From the IMG/VR virus record IMGVR_UViG_3300032087_004567: a stretch of DNA of 64,000 nt; one strand, given 5' to 3'. Positions 47,913-57,389 of this stretch are shown here, piece after piece. Below the pieces are notes generated by a model, which was not told the DNA's origin, did no database searches, and saw only the letters and a program-made list of their open reading frames with translations. Numbering within the stretch: position 1 is the first letter of the stretch; each line of letters starts with the position of its first letter. Origin of the DNA: a virus. The position numbers and the translations under genes were made by a program.

Positions 47913-50543
47913 ATGGATAAAGAAGAAAAGAAAGTAGTCGATAAAAAGACTACTAAAAATAATAAAAAGAGCGAAATAGTGGTCGCACCAGAACTCAATA
48001 AAGTTGAGGAAGCAAAAGGAAAAGAATCTACAGGTGTTCTTTCATTTGGTAGATTTAACCCACCAACAACCGGTCACGAAAAACTATTAGACAAAGTACA
48101 TAGTGTTGCAAAAGAACATAATGCAATGGCACATGTCTATGCATCACACACAGAAGGAAACGCAAAGAATCCTTTACCACAAGAAAAGAAGATTGGTTAT
48201 CTTAAAAAGGTAGCACATAAAGATGTTAATGTGTATGGCTCATCAAAAGAAAAACCAACTATACTACATGCTGCAAAAGATTTACATGATCATGGTCACA
48301 AGCATTTAGTTGTTGTTGCCGGTCAGGATAGAGTAGATCATTTTCATTCCTTATTAAACAAATATAACGGCCATAAAGATCATTATAATTTTAGTTCTAT
48401 TAAAGTTGTATCATCAGGTGATAGAGATCCAGATACAGAAGGAACAAAAGGTATATCAGGAACTAAAATGAGAGCACATGCAAGAGCTGGCAATCATAAC
48501 GAATTTAAAAAAGGTTTACCTAAAGCATTACACCCACATGCAAAAGAAATAGCAAATCATATCAAGTCAATAAAAGAAGGATTGCATGAGGAGTTAATTG
48601 AGGCTGCATTAGATATTGTTCAAAGAAGAAAAAGAGCAATGGCATTAAGAAGACGTATGCCTAGAATGCAAAGAAGAAGAATGCTATTAGTTAAACGTTT
48701 TGCCGATCAAAAGAAACTACAAACTAGGGCGCGTAAAGTTGCAAGACAATTAGTTAGATCAAGAGTTGCAGGTAAAAGAGGTGCTGAGTATCATAAATTA
48801 ACTCCTGCTGCAAAACAAGAAGTAGATAAGAAACTAGAGAGTAAAAAGAAACTAATTAACCTAGTAGCTAAAAGAATATTTGCTAAAGTAAGAAGAAGAG
48901 AGGCTGAAAGAGTACAAAGAGCAAGAGGTGCAAAACCAGCACAAAAAACTAAACTTACTTTAAGTCAAGAGTATGATAATTTAAATAGCTTGTTTGAGAA
49001 AGTATCTACAAAAGTAAGACAAGACAAAGATATAGCAGATAGAAAAGGTACACAACCGGCAAAGTATCATAAAGGTTTAGCACCATCAACTAAAGCTGCT
49101 AGAGATGCCCAGTTTAAAAAACAAGCTAAAATGGATGACAAGAATCCAGCAGCATACAAACCAGCACCAGGTGATGCAACTGCAAAAACTAAACCATCAG
49201 TGTATACAAAAATGTATAAAGATATGTTTGGTGAAGTTTTAAACTATGATACGTTTAATTCTTTATTTGAAAAAGTTGCTGACGAAACATTAAAAGAATT
49301 AGGTCCAAGAAGAAGAGCTAGGAGAGTTGGTTATTATCCTAAACCTAAAAAACCTTTACCTAAAGTATCACAAGTTAAAAATATAAATCCAGAAGAAGAA
49401 ATAACTGAAAAGTCTATGGAAGCTTTAAAATCAAAAGCATCTAAATCAGGTTATTCTTATAAGACACTTAAGAAGGTTTATGATAGAGGTGTTGCTGCAT
49501 GGAAGACAGGTCATAGACCAGGTACTACACCACAGCAATGGGGTTATGGTAGAGTAAATGCATTTATTGCAAAACAAAAATCAGGTAAGAAGTTAGATCA
49601 TGATACTGATTTAGCTAATGAGTATATACCTGAACAAGCTCAACAAAATTATAATACACCAGCTGCAGATCATAAAGCTGATAAGATATATCCATATCAA
49701 GCTGCAATAAAAGATTTAGATTTAAATACTAAGAATAGAAATAAGACTATTAAAGAATATGATTATGGTCCAGCTAATCCAGAATCAGAAGAGCATACTA
49801 AAATGTATTGGGAAAAGAAAGCTGACTTATGGGGCTGTTCTATTGAGATGGTTAAGACAATGAGATGTATGAATTGTGCTGCTTTCGATCAGAAACCTCA
49901 AACATTAAGGTTAATGGCAGATGGTATTGGACCAGATGGAATGAAAATAGTTAAGAATGCCAATTTAGGCTTTTGTGAATTATTCGAATTTAAATGTGCA
50001 GGGAATAGAACTTGTGATGCATGGGTAGGAGGAGGACCTCTTAAAGAGTCTGAGTATATACCAGAAAGAGGAAGTGACTATTTACGATTAGCAAATGTCT
50101 CTATGAAAAAAGGAGATATGAAAAAAGCTATTATGTATAGAAGAGCTGCTGCAGCTGCTGAAAGAGGGGATCAAACAACTCTTCAAGCAGTACTACAACA
50201 GATTAGAAATCTAGCAGGTAGTGGTACGATACATCATGAAAGTAAACAATTAGAAGAATCATTTATTGTCGACCGTTCAAGTGGTTATAGTGTAACCTAT
50301 ACAGCAAAGGATTTAGGTATACAAACACAAGGTGGTTTTGCTTTACATCCATCAGTTATAGATGAAATGGAAGAAAATTTTATGGATGGTAAGAACCCAC
50401 AAGATAAAGGTGATATGGCAAGACACGGACTTAAAGGTAAATCTATAAGTCAGTTAAAGAAGATAAGATCATCTGATTCAGCATCACCAAGAAAGAAACA
50501 ATTAGCACATTGGTATATTAATATGCATAAGGGTAAGAAGTAA
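47913..50543 (+). CDS. multidomain protein with an N-terminal HIGH-superfamily cytidylyltransferase-like domain
   Basis: FGRFNPPTTGHEKL, VVAGQDRV, GISGTKMR, followed by Arg-rich, YDRGVAAW..HRPG and Cys-rich modules; GAGG RBS before the ATG at 47913. Confidence 0.75.
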   Translation: MDKEEKKVVDKKTTKNNKKSEIVVAPELNKVEEAKGKESTGVLSFGRFNPPTTGHEKLLDKVHSVAKEHNAMAHVYASHTEGNAKNPLPQEKKIGYLKKVAHKDVNVYGSSKEKPTILHAAKDLHDHGHKHLVVVAGQDRVDHFHSLLNKYNGHKDHYNFSSIKVVSSGDRDPDTEGTKGISGTKMRAHARAGNHNEFKKGLPKALHPHAKEIANHIKSIKEGLHEELIEAALDIVQRRKRAMALRRRMPRMQRRRMLLVKRFADQKKLQTRARKVARQLVRSRVAGKRGAEYHKLTPAAKQEVDKKLESKKKLINLVAKRIFAKVRRREAERVQRARGAKPAQKTKLTLSQEYDNLNSLFEKVSTKVRQDKDIADRKGTQPAKYHKGLAPSTKAARDAQFKKQAKMDDKNPAAYKPAPGDATAKTKPSVYTKMYKDMFGEVLNYDTFNSLFEKVADETLKELGPRRRARRVGYYPKPKKPLPKVSQVKNINPEEEITEKSMEALKSKASKSGYSYKTLKKVYDRGVAAWKTGHRPGTTPQQWGYGRVNAFIAKQKSGKKLDHDTDLANEYIPEQAQQNYNTPAADHKADKIYPYQAAIKDLDLNTKNRNKTIKEYDYGPANPESEEHTKMYWEKKADLWGCSIEMVKTMRCMNCAAFDQKPQTLRLMADGIGPDGMKIVKNANLGFCELFEFKCAGNRTCDAWVGGGPLKESEYIPERGSDYLRLANVSMKKGDMKKAIMYRRAAAAAERGDQTTLQAVLQQIRNLAGSGTIHHESKQLEESFIVDRSSGYSVTYTAKDLGIQTQGGFALHPSVIDEMEENFMDGKNPQDKGDMARHGLKGKSISQLKKIRSSDSASPRKKQLAHWYINMHKGKK

Positions 50544-50821
50544 TGTTATCATTTAAAGAATTTAGAAATATAGAAGAGGCAGAATATCAAGGTAGAAAAG
50601 TATCTTTAGGTAAGCCATTTAGAACACCAGGTGGTCCTAAAAAGTCTGCTGTATATGTTAGAAATGAAAAAGGTAATGTAGTAAAAGTTACTTTTGGAGA
50701 TCCTAATATGAAGATTAAGAAAAATATTCCTGCTAGAAGAAAATCATTCAGGGCAAGACATAATTGTGATAACCCTGGACCTAAAACAAAAGCAAGATAT
50801 TGGAGTTGCAAGGCATGGTAA
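50543..50821 (+). CDS. conserved small basic phage protein
   Basis: MLSFKEF...AEYQGRKV, FGDPNM, RRKSFRARHNC, ARYWSC. Confidence 0.75.
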   Translation: MLSFKEFRNIEEAEYQGRKVSLGKPFRTPGGPKKSAVYVRNEKGNVVKVTFGDPNMKIKKNIPARRKSFRARHNCDNPGPKTKARYWSCKAW

Positions 50822-52275
50822 ATTTAAAAAAATTAAAAGAAGTATTAAACATTAAAGAAATTAGTAAAGCTACTAAAGCATCATATGTACAAAAAGCTAC
50901 ATCAGATCTTTTTAAACAAGGTTCTGCCATGTCTACAGCTGTTAGTAAAGGTGATTCAGCTGCTGCAGATAAAGCAACAAAGAAAGCAACTAAAAGAGCA
51001 ATTAATATTCAAAATCTTGTTCATAAAGGATTGTACAATAATAAAGAAGGGAAACTTGATGAGTTATCTCCAGAAACTTTAAAAAAGTATAAAACAGCAG
51101 TAGATAAGAAACATACTGTTAAAGATTATGATCCAAGTAAAGGTGTAAACAGATATACATCGAAAGGCATACAAAGATTTAAAAGCCATGATCAAGAGCG
51201 TAAACGTGATACTGGTGTTGCTCGTGCGAACGATAGACTTAAAAAAGTAGAAGAAAATTTGATGCTTAAAAATCCTTACAAAGGTATGGATAAAGATAAG
51301 TTACAAGCTAAACATAAATCATTTAATAGACAAATTGCCGATCTAGAAAATAAAAAAATGAGAAGCAATATGGGTGCCGCCAAAGGACCTGGTGGTTATG
51401 ATAGAGAAATATCAAGATATAAAACTAAACTACAACATGTTAAAAATGCTATGAAAGAGGCTCATGAAATGTGTCCAGATGAGTGTTGTGGTAAGCCAGT
51501 ATCTGAATGCGATTGCGGACCTGAATGTAAACACTGTGATTGCTATTTTAAAAATATGCCTGAGGAAAAGCAAAACACTAAAGAAGAAAAACCTTGTTGG
51601 GATGGTTATAAACAAGTTGGTACTAAAATGAAAAATGGTAGAGAAGTACCTAACTGTGTTCCCGAAGAAACAGAAATACAAGAAGCAGGACATGCTGATG
51701 TTAAGTCAGCAAAGAATCAAGTTAAGATAGCAATGAGTGCGTTAGAGAAAATGAACACTGAATTATCTAAACTTAGTGATGAAGATTCTTTACCTACATG
51801 GTGGACTAATAAAGTAGCTATAGCTGTCGATAAGTTAGATGGAATGGCCGACTACTTAGATACACAGGTTGAAGGTAAAGTAAATGAAATTAGTACTGAT
51901 ACTAAAAAAATGTATATACAAAAAGCAACAAAAGACATAGCTAATAGAGGAATGGATAGAGGTATGGCTATGTCTAGAGATGGCGATCAAGCTGATCAGT
52001 TAGCTAAAGCTGCAGATAAAGTAATAAAGAAAAGACAAAAAGGTATTACTAAAGCAGTTAAGAGTATGACTAAAAATGAAGCATTAGAAATTGGTACTGA
52101 TAAAATAGTAGATGTTTATAAAAATATGACACCAGGTCAAACTGGTAATCAATATAGATCAGTTGCATCTGTTTATAGAGATATGACTAAGAAAAGAACA
52201 GAGATAGAAAGAGTTGCAAGATCAAAGAAAACAGATGTCGCAAGTTCAAGAGGCGATCAACAACAGAATTCATAA
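50815..52275 (+). CDS. modular putative internal head polyprotein
   Basis: Three (D/N/K)E(I/L)SxxTxxxY modules, a Cys cluster, the CWDGY...VPNCVP motif and LPTWWTNKV. Confidence 0.6.
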   Translation: MVNLKKLKEVLNIKEISKATKASYVQKATSDLFKQGSAMSTAVSKGDSAAADKATKKATKRAINIQNLVHKGLYNNKEGKLDELSPETLKKYKTAVDKKHTVKDYDPSKGVNRYTSKGIQRFKSHDQERKRDTGVARANDRLKKVEENLMLKNPYKGMDKDKLQAKHKSFNRQIADLENKKMRSNMGAAKGPGGYDREISRYKTKLQHVKNAMKEAHEMCPDECCGKPVSECDCGPECKHCDCYFKNMPEEKQNTKEEKPCWDGYKQVGTKMKNGREVPNCVPEETEIQEAGHADVKSAKNQVKIAMSALEKMNTELSKLSDEDSLPTWWTNKVAIAVDKLDGMADYLDTQVEGKVNEISTDTKKMYIQKATKDIANRGMDRGMAMSRDGDQADQLAKAADKVIKKRQKGITKAVKSMTKNEALEIGTDKIVDVYKNMTPGQTGNQYRSVASVYRDMTKKRTEIERVARSKKTDVASSRGDQQQNS

Positions 52276-52288
52276 AATAGGAGATAAT

Positions 52289-53350
52289 ATGTTAAGAAAC
52301 ACACCAAAGACCGTCATTGATGCAGTCAGCGGCATAATGAAAGATACAAGGACTAAAGCTGATAAGGAGCATTTTCAAGTTGAAGGAAGATTTAGATTAA
52401 ATATGATGGAAAAAATGCAAATGGAATATGTTGTACCAGAAGGTATTGAGAAAGAGGCAAGAGCACATTTTATGGGTGCTGCAGCTGCGGCTCATAAATC
52501 TGGTAAGAAAAAATTTAACTTCCAAGGTAAATCATATCCAGTACAAATTAAAAAGCACGTAGCTAAAAAAGTAAATGAAGATGATATGAAAATATCTGAT
52601 AAAGACATTACTAAAGCTGCAAAGAAAGTTGAGAAAACTGAAAATAAAGATACACCAGGTAATAGTTATTCTCATCAATGTGCAAATCATGTTAAGCATG
52701 AGAAGTTTGGTGAAGGTAAAACTTTATTCAGTCAGCATGCAGAACCTGATGCATTTGGAAACATAATGTGGTATGATGTTATGTTTGAGCACGGTATTGA
52801 AAAGAAAGTATCTATTGAAGAGCTTAAAGTTCTAACTTCTAGCAATCATGGTAATCATAAAAAGAAAACTAATGAAGAAGTAGAACAAATCGATGAAGCT
52901 ACACCAACTAGAAAGCAAGTTAAAATGGCAATAGGTATTGCACGTGATAAAAGATATGCTGGTGGTAATATGACTGGTGCAGTTAAAGCTATGGATAAGA
53001 TTAATAAAGGTCTTGCACAACATCCAAAAGTTGCTGATGAGTTAAGAAAGCAAAACGAAGATGTAGAAGAAGTTGATGAGGCAAGAGGTCGTCCTAAAAA
53101 AGGAGGCGGTAGTTCAGAAGATGAGCCTGATCAGAACATTGTTGTACATTTAAAAAAATCTATTGATACAAATGGTGCACATCATGTTAAATTTGGTGAT
53201 GGTTCTAAAAAGCAAGTTCCACATAAAGTAGCAAGTAAAGTTTTAGCTGGAATGAGTAAACTAAAGCCAGATCAAAGATTAGAGATTCAAAACCATATTG
53301 GTAAGAATCATAAGAATTTAATGCAAGTTCATGGAATGTTAGGAAAATAA
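52289..53350 (+). CDS. modular putative internal head protein
   Basis: AGGAG RBS; HQCANHVKH...WYDVMFEHG module; GRPKK; xxE-delimited blocks. Confidence 0.6.
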   Translation: MLRNTPKTVIDAVSGIMKDTRTKADKEHFQVEGRFRLNMMEKMQMEYVVPEGIEKEARAHFMGAAAAAHKSGKKKFNFQGKSYPVQIKKHVAKKVNEDDMKISDKDITKAAKKVEKTENKDTPGNSYSHQCANHVKHEKFGEGKTLFSQHAEPDAFGNIMWYDVMFEHGIEKKVSIEELKVLTSSNHGNHKKKTNEEVEQIDEATPTRKQVKMAIGIARDKRYAGGNMTGAVKAMDKINKGLAQHPKVADELRKQNEDVEEVDEARGRPKKGGGSSEDEPDQNIVVHLKKSIDTNGAHHVKFGDGSKKQVPHKVASKVLAGMSKLKPDQRLEIQNHIGKNHKNLMQVHGMLGK

Positions 53351-53617
53351 ATGGCTCTTAGGATTAAACCTGGTAAGTTAAAAATAGGTAAAGATCTTGT
53401 TAAAGAGTTAGATGAGTTGAGAGCTGAAGTTAACGAACTTAAAGAGAAGATTGAAAGTGGTACTGTAGTTAAACAACAAGTAGTTCAACAAGTTGTACAA
53501 CAGCAAGTACCTCAATCTACTTCTAGAAGAGTAGTTAATACTAATTTAGAAAGAACTAAAACATTAATAAAAAAAGAGGGTAAGCGGTCTTCGTATTTAC
53601 AAGACATGCTTAAATAA
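53351..53617 (+). CDS. hypothetical protein
   Basis: Coiled-coil ORF. Confidence 0.55.
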   Translation: MALRIKPGKLKIGKDLVKELDELRAEVNELKEKIESGTVVKQQVVQQVVQQQVPQSTSRRVVNTNLERTKTLIKKEGKRSSYLQDMLK

Positions 53618-53663
53618 GAGAACATAAATATTATAGTAACAATTAATAAAGGGAGAAGTAAAA

Positions 53664-54662
53664 ATGTCACTTTGGGGCAAATTTGATGCTAAGTCATCTA
53701 ATACTGGTACTATTCAAGTATTCGCGAATGGTCTAGTAACTGGTACCTCAACAATCTTCGATGACGAAGCTGCAGTTGGGGATTTCATTGTAACAAGTAA
53801 TGATGCAGACGGACAAACAAAATATTTAATTACATCAATTGAATCAAATACTGAATGTCATGTTGCATCTCAAGAATTAGGATTATCTGTTGCCGCAGTT
53901 GCTGCTGGTAATACATACACCTTTCAAGAAGCACCTAAGTACGTTGCTGTATCACACGCAGGTGGTGCTGGTGATGGTGCTAATGATGTATTCGGTCTAG
54001 CAAATGGTGAGGTTGGTGCACAAGATGGTCCAGTCTTATCAGCAGAAGTAACTTTTGCAGGATCAGCCTATGGTGCTAATGCAACTGTAGCTATTGATGG
54101 AACTGGTTCTTCAGCTACTGCTAATTCAGTTGCTAACACAACAGGTAAAATTTCAACAGTAAATATTACAGCTGGTGGTACTGATTATACAACAGGTTCT
54201 ACAACAGTAACAATTGATCCACCTGCCGCAATTTCTTTTAATGCATTAACTGCTGTATCAAATACAGATGAGACTATTACATTATCAGATGCATCATTTA
54301 TTGAAGTTGGAGATAAATTAACCTATGCTGTTGCATCAGGTAATACTGCAGTTGGTGGTTTAGATGATGGTACACAATACTTTGTATCTTTTGCTAACGA
54401 TACAGTAGTTGCATTATCTACAACAAACGGTGGTGCTAATATCGATTTAACAGCTGGTGTTACTGAAACAGGTCATACGTTAACTGGTGAAACTGCAACA
54501 GCTGCCGCTACAGTTGGTGGTGCAGGTATTGGTACTCATGCAGGTTGGGTTAAAAGAACAGTAGGTACTGGTGGAAGAGCTGGAAGAGTTCAATACGAAA
54601 CACTAGTTGCTGGTAGCTCAATTGTAGGCGACCAAGAGGATGATATTACACCAGATAGCTAA
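53664..54662 (+). CDS. virion structural protein (T/G/A-rich beta protein)
   Basis: MSLWGK...HAGWVKRT.GTGGRAGRVQYETLVA termini; CATAAATA upstream. Confidence 0.7.
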   Translation: MSLWGKFDAKSSNTGTIQVFANGLVTGTSTIFDDEAAVGDFIVTSNDADGQTKYLITSIESNTECHVASQELGLSVAAVAAGNTYTFQEAPKYVAVSHAGGAGDGANDVFGLANGEVGAQDGPVLSAEVTFAGSAYGANATVAIDGTGSSATANSVANTTGKISTVNITAGGTDYTTGSTTVTIDPPAAISFNALTAVSNTDETITLSDASFIEVGDKLTYAVASGNTAVGGLDDGTQYFVSFANDTVVALSTTNGGANIDLTAGVTETGHTLTGETATAAATVGGAGIGTHAGWVKRTVGTGGRAGRVQYETLVAGSSIVGDQEDDITPDS

Positions 54663-54677
54663 TAGTTAAGGAAACAA

Positions 54678-55697
54678 ATGGCTGAACGATCTAAAAAAAT
54701 AACTGAGTTAAATGCGTTAACAAATATGCCAGGAACTGATTTACTACTTACAGTAAATCAGCCTGGTACCTCTAACGTAGAAACTAAAAAAATAACATTA
54801 AGTAATTTATGTGCAAACATAAATCCAACAACAACCTTTACTGGTTCTGTTTCTACAAGAGGTGCATTGACAGTTAACAATAGTACTTCAACAGGTAATA
54901 TAGTTATAAGCTCTACTGCAAACCTTATTGTTAATGCAACAGCGACATTTACTAACACAGTTACTTTTTCTAATACTGTTACGTATAATCAGATTGAGGC
55001 CAATACTTTAACATTAACTGGTAACACACAAATAGTTGCCAATGGTGCTTTAATTACAAGTGTTGATGCAATTACAGTAGGAGGTAACACTCCTGCAACA
55101 TTACTTGCTGCATCAGATACTGCATATACAAACGCTGTAGCCAATGCAGTTAGTTTAGCTAATGACGCATATACTAATGCAGTAGCAAATGCAGTATACC
55201 TATCAGACACGGCCTATTCAAATGCGGTAACTGTATCAGGAACAAATTCAGATACAGCTTATACAAATGCCGTAGCTAATGCAGTCTATCTTTCAGATAC
55301 AGCATATTCAAATGCAGTTACTGTTTCAGGTACTAATTCAGATACAGCATATACAAATGCAATTGCTATAGCTGCAAATGCCGATAACATAACAAGCGGT
55401 ACTTTAACTACTTCTCTCTTGCCCGCAACCGCAAATGTTTCGACAGCAGTTAATGTAGGTGCTAATGTAAACCTAACAGTAAGTTCTATCAATGTAGGTA
55501 ATTCAACAGTTAACACTGTAGCAAATAGTACATCATTAAATACAACAAAAATATTTTTATCTACATCTGATGCACCAAGTTCAAATACAGATACTGGTAC
55601 ATTAGGTGAGATAAGAATTGATACTAATTACATTTATGTTTGTGTGGCGACAGATACATGGAAAAGAGTCGAACTAAGTAATTGGGGAGGGGTATAA
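54678..55697 (+). CDS. fibre-like structural protein
   Basis: KITELNAL start, AN/T-rich repeats, C-terminal GTLGEIRIDTNYIYVCVATDTWKR. Confidence 0.7.
   Translation: MAERSKKITELNALTNMPGTDLLLTVNQPGTSNVETKKITLSNLCANINPTTTFTGSVSTRGALTVNNSTSTGNIVISSTANLIVNATATFTNTVTFSNTVTYNQIEANTLTLTGNTQIVANGALITSVDAITVGGNTPATLLAASDTAYTNAVANAVSLANDAYTNAVANAVYLSDTAYSNAVTVSGTNSDTAYTNAVANAVYLSDTAYSNAVTVSGTNSDTAYTNAIAIAANADNITSGTLTTSLLPATANVSTAVNVGANVNLTVSSINVGNSTVNTVANSTSLNTTKIFLSTSDAPSSNTDTGTLGEIRIDTNYIYVCVATDTWKRVELSNWGGV
55112..55360 (+). repeat. coding tandem repeats of SDTAY(T/S)NA
   Basis: A 26-codon unit (AYTNAVANAVYLSDTAYSNAVTVSGTNSDT region) is duplicated with synonymous differences. Confidence 0.8.
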
Positions 55698-55714
55698 TTA
55701 CTTGGTAATACTTT

Positions 55715-56107
55715 ATGGAAATATTGAATGATTCAAATTTTTTATTATATGCAGCAAAACATTATGATAATCCCTCTTGTTATGATACAACTGAATTTTA
55801 TGAAGATTTAAATAAGTTTAAGTATTTAAAAAGATTATTCAGTCGTTATGATGAAACAAATGAGTTAAGAGAAAGATTGATTCTTAATCATATTATTGTA
55901 ATATATAATTTGTTTGGAGTTGAGGCATCTACTAAGATGCTATTTTTTAAGTTAAAAGGTTATCATCATTATTTAAAACCTTTTTTAGTATTCTTAAATT
56001 ACTGCCCAGAAATATTATATGGTGTAGAAGAAAATGTTTTACATGTAAATGATATATTAATGGATCCAGAAATTATAAAAGCTTTAAGGAAGATATGGCC
56101 AAGTTAA
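55715..56107 (+). CDS. conserved T4-like hypothetical protein
   Basis: NFLLYAAKHYDNP.C...EFYEDL..FKYLKRLF, RLILNHII. Confidence 0.75.
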   Translation: MEILNDSNFLLYAAKHYDNPSCYDTTEFYEDLNKFKYLKRLFSRYDETNELRERLILNHIIVIYNLFGVEASTKMLFFKLKGYHHYLKPFLVFLNYCPEILYGVEENVLHVNDILMDPEIIKALRKIWPS

Positions 56108-56571
56108 ACGAAAGTGTAGTAGATTTATTTCTAGTATATCAGTTTATAAAAAGACTAGTACTACCATTTAAAGAATGGCAAGCATATAAACTTGGTATCA
56201 TAGATGATAAAGGTAAAGTACTTAAAAAAAGAAGTACTCTTAAAACCTCACAAGAAAAAAATGCATGGGGTTATTTTGATATCCTTGCAACTAATCTAAA
56301 AAAATTATTAGCTAAAATTCCAGGTGGTGATACAAGACTGGCCTCTTATGCAGCCGCTGGTTTATTACTTCGTGAGGCTAAAGAACTTAGCGAAATGTCT
56401 GAAGAAGAAATAGAAGAAAAGGTAAAAGAATTACTTAAAGATTTAATTAAGGAAGATCCTGCAAATGTAGCAGGTGGTGGTCATGTTGCTGGTTTAGGAG
56501 TTGGACCTCAAGGTGAACCAGGTATTAAAAAATCATTATTATTGAGAAGAAAAAAACCAAAATATGTTTAG
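56095..56571 (+). CDS. conserved T4-like hypothetical protein
   Basis: YQFIKRLVLPF..W.AYKLGIIDDKG, NLKKLL, SYAAA. Confidence 0.72.
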   Translation: MAKLNESVVDLFLVYQFIKRLVLPFKEWQAYKLGIIDDKGKVLKKRSTLKTSQEKNAWGYFDILATNLKKLLAKIPGGDTRLASYAAAGLLLREAKELSEMSEEEIEEKVKELLKDLIKEDPANVAGGGHVAGLGVGPQGEPGIKKSLLLRRKKPKYV

Positions 56572-57055
56572 TGGATTATATTTGAAATTAGCACTTGCAG
56601 GTGTTCTAGCTGCTAGTGTGCTAGGAGTTTATGCATATGTAAATGGACTAAAAGCTGATCTAGCAACTAGTGAAGCTAATAATGTTAAACTAGAACAATC
56701 AATAGAACAACAACAGGAAGTAATTAAACAATTTCAAGCTGATATGAAGGCAAAAGAAATTGTTAATTCACAATTACGTAATAAAATTAAACAACAAGAG
56801 AAACAAAAAGATAACTTAGTTAAAAAGTTTGAAAAGACTAAGAAAGATGGCACTAAGAGAGATATAGGTAAGTCTAGTGTAAAGAAACCTGAAAGAGTTA
56901 AAAAGATAATAAATAAAGGTACACGAGATGCCTATCGTTGTATTGCTATTGCATCTGGTGCACCATTAACTGAAAGTGAGATAAATGCTACTAAGAAATC
57001 TGAAACAAACTCGCAATGTTCTGATATTGCTAATCCTAACTACGTTCCTAAGTAG
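56564..57055 (+). CDS. inner-membrane spanin (Rz-like)
   Basis: N-terminal TM helix, long coiled coil, C-terminal Cys; overlaps a lipoprotein gene. Confidence 0.7.
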   Translation: MFSGLYLKLALAGVLAASVLGVYAYVNGLKADLATSEANNVKLEQSIEQQQEVIKQFQADMKAKEIVNSQLRNKIKQQEKQKDNLVKKFEKTKKDGTKRDIGKSSVKKPERVKKIINKGTRDAYRCIAIASGAPLTESEINATKKSETNSQCSDIANPNYVPK

Positions 57056-57389
57056 TTGCGCTTTATTTAGAGATCCTGTAAAAGAAATAGAAGTCGTAAC
57101 TAAAACAATAGAACGTGTTCCGCTAAATATTCCAGATCAAGATCCTCTTTATCTTGTACCACCTGAGTGGTTTGTTGTAACTCCTAATAACATCGATGAA
57201 GTATGGAGACAATTAGAGGAAGATGGTTTTGATGTAGTATTATTTGCTGTTACTGATGAAGGCTATAAACAAATATCTTATGACTTTCTAAAGATAAGAC
57301 AGCATATAAATTATAATAAATTTATTATTAGAAAATATAAAGAATATTACGAACCTAAGAAAGATAAAGATGATAATGGAAAAGACTGA
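56985..57389 (+). CDS. outer-membrane spanin lipoprotein (Rz1-like)
   Basis: Lipobox FLSSC after a hydrophobic stretch; Pro-rich linker; overlaps the i-spanin. Confidence 0.7.
   Translation: MLLRNLKQTRNVLILLILTTFLSSCALFRDPVKEIEVVTKTIERVPLNIPDQDPLYLVPPEWFVVTPNNIDEVWRQLEEDGFDVVLFAVTDEGYKQISYDFLKIRQHINYNKFIIRKYKEYYEPKKDKDDNGKD

Noticed and set aside
55112-55360. Diversity-generating retroelement repeat pair
   Set aside because: The repeats are in-frame tandem coding units with synonymous changes, not adenine-specific, and no reverse transcriptase is present.
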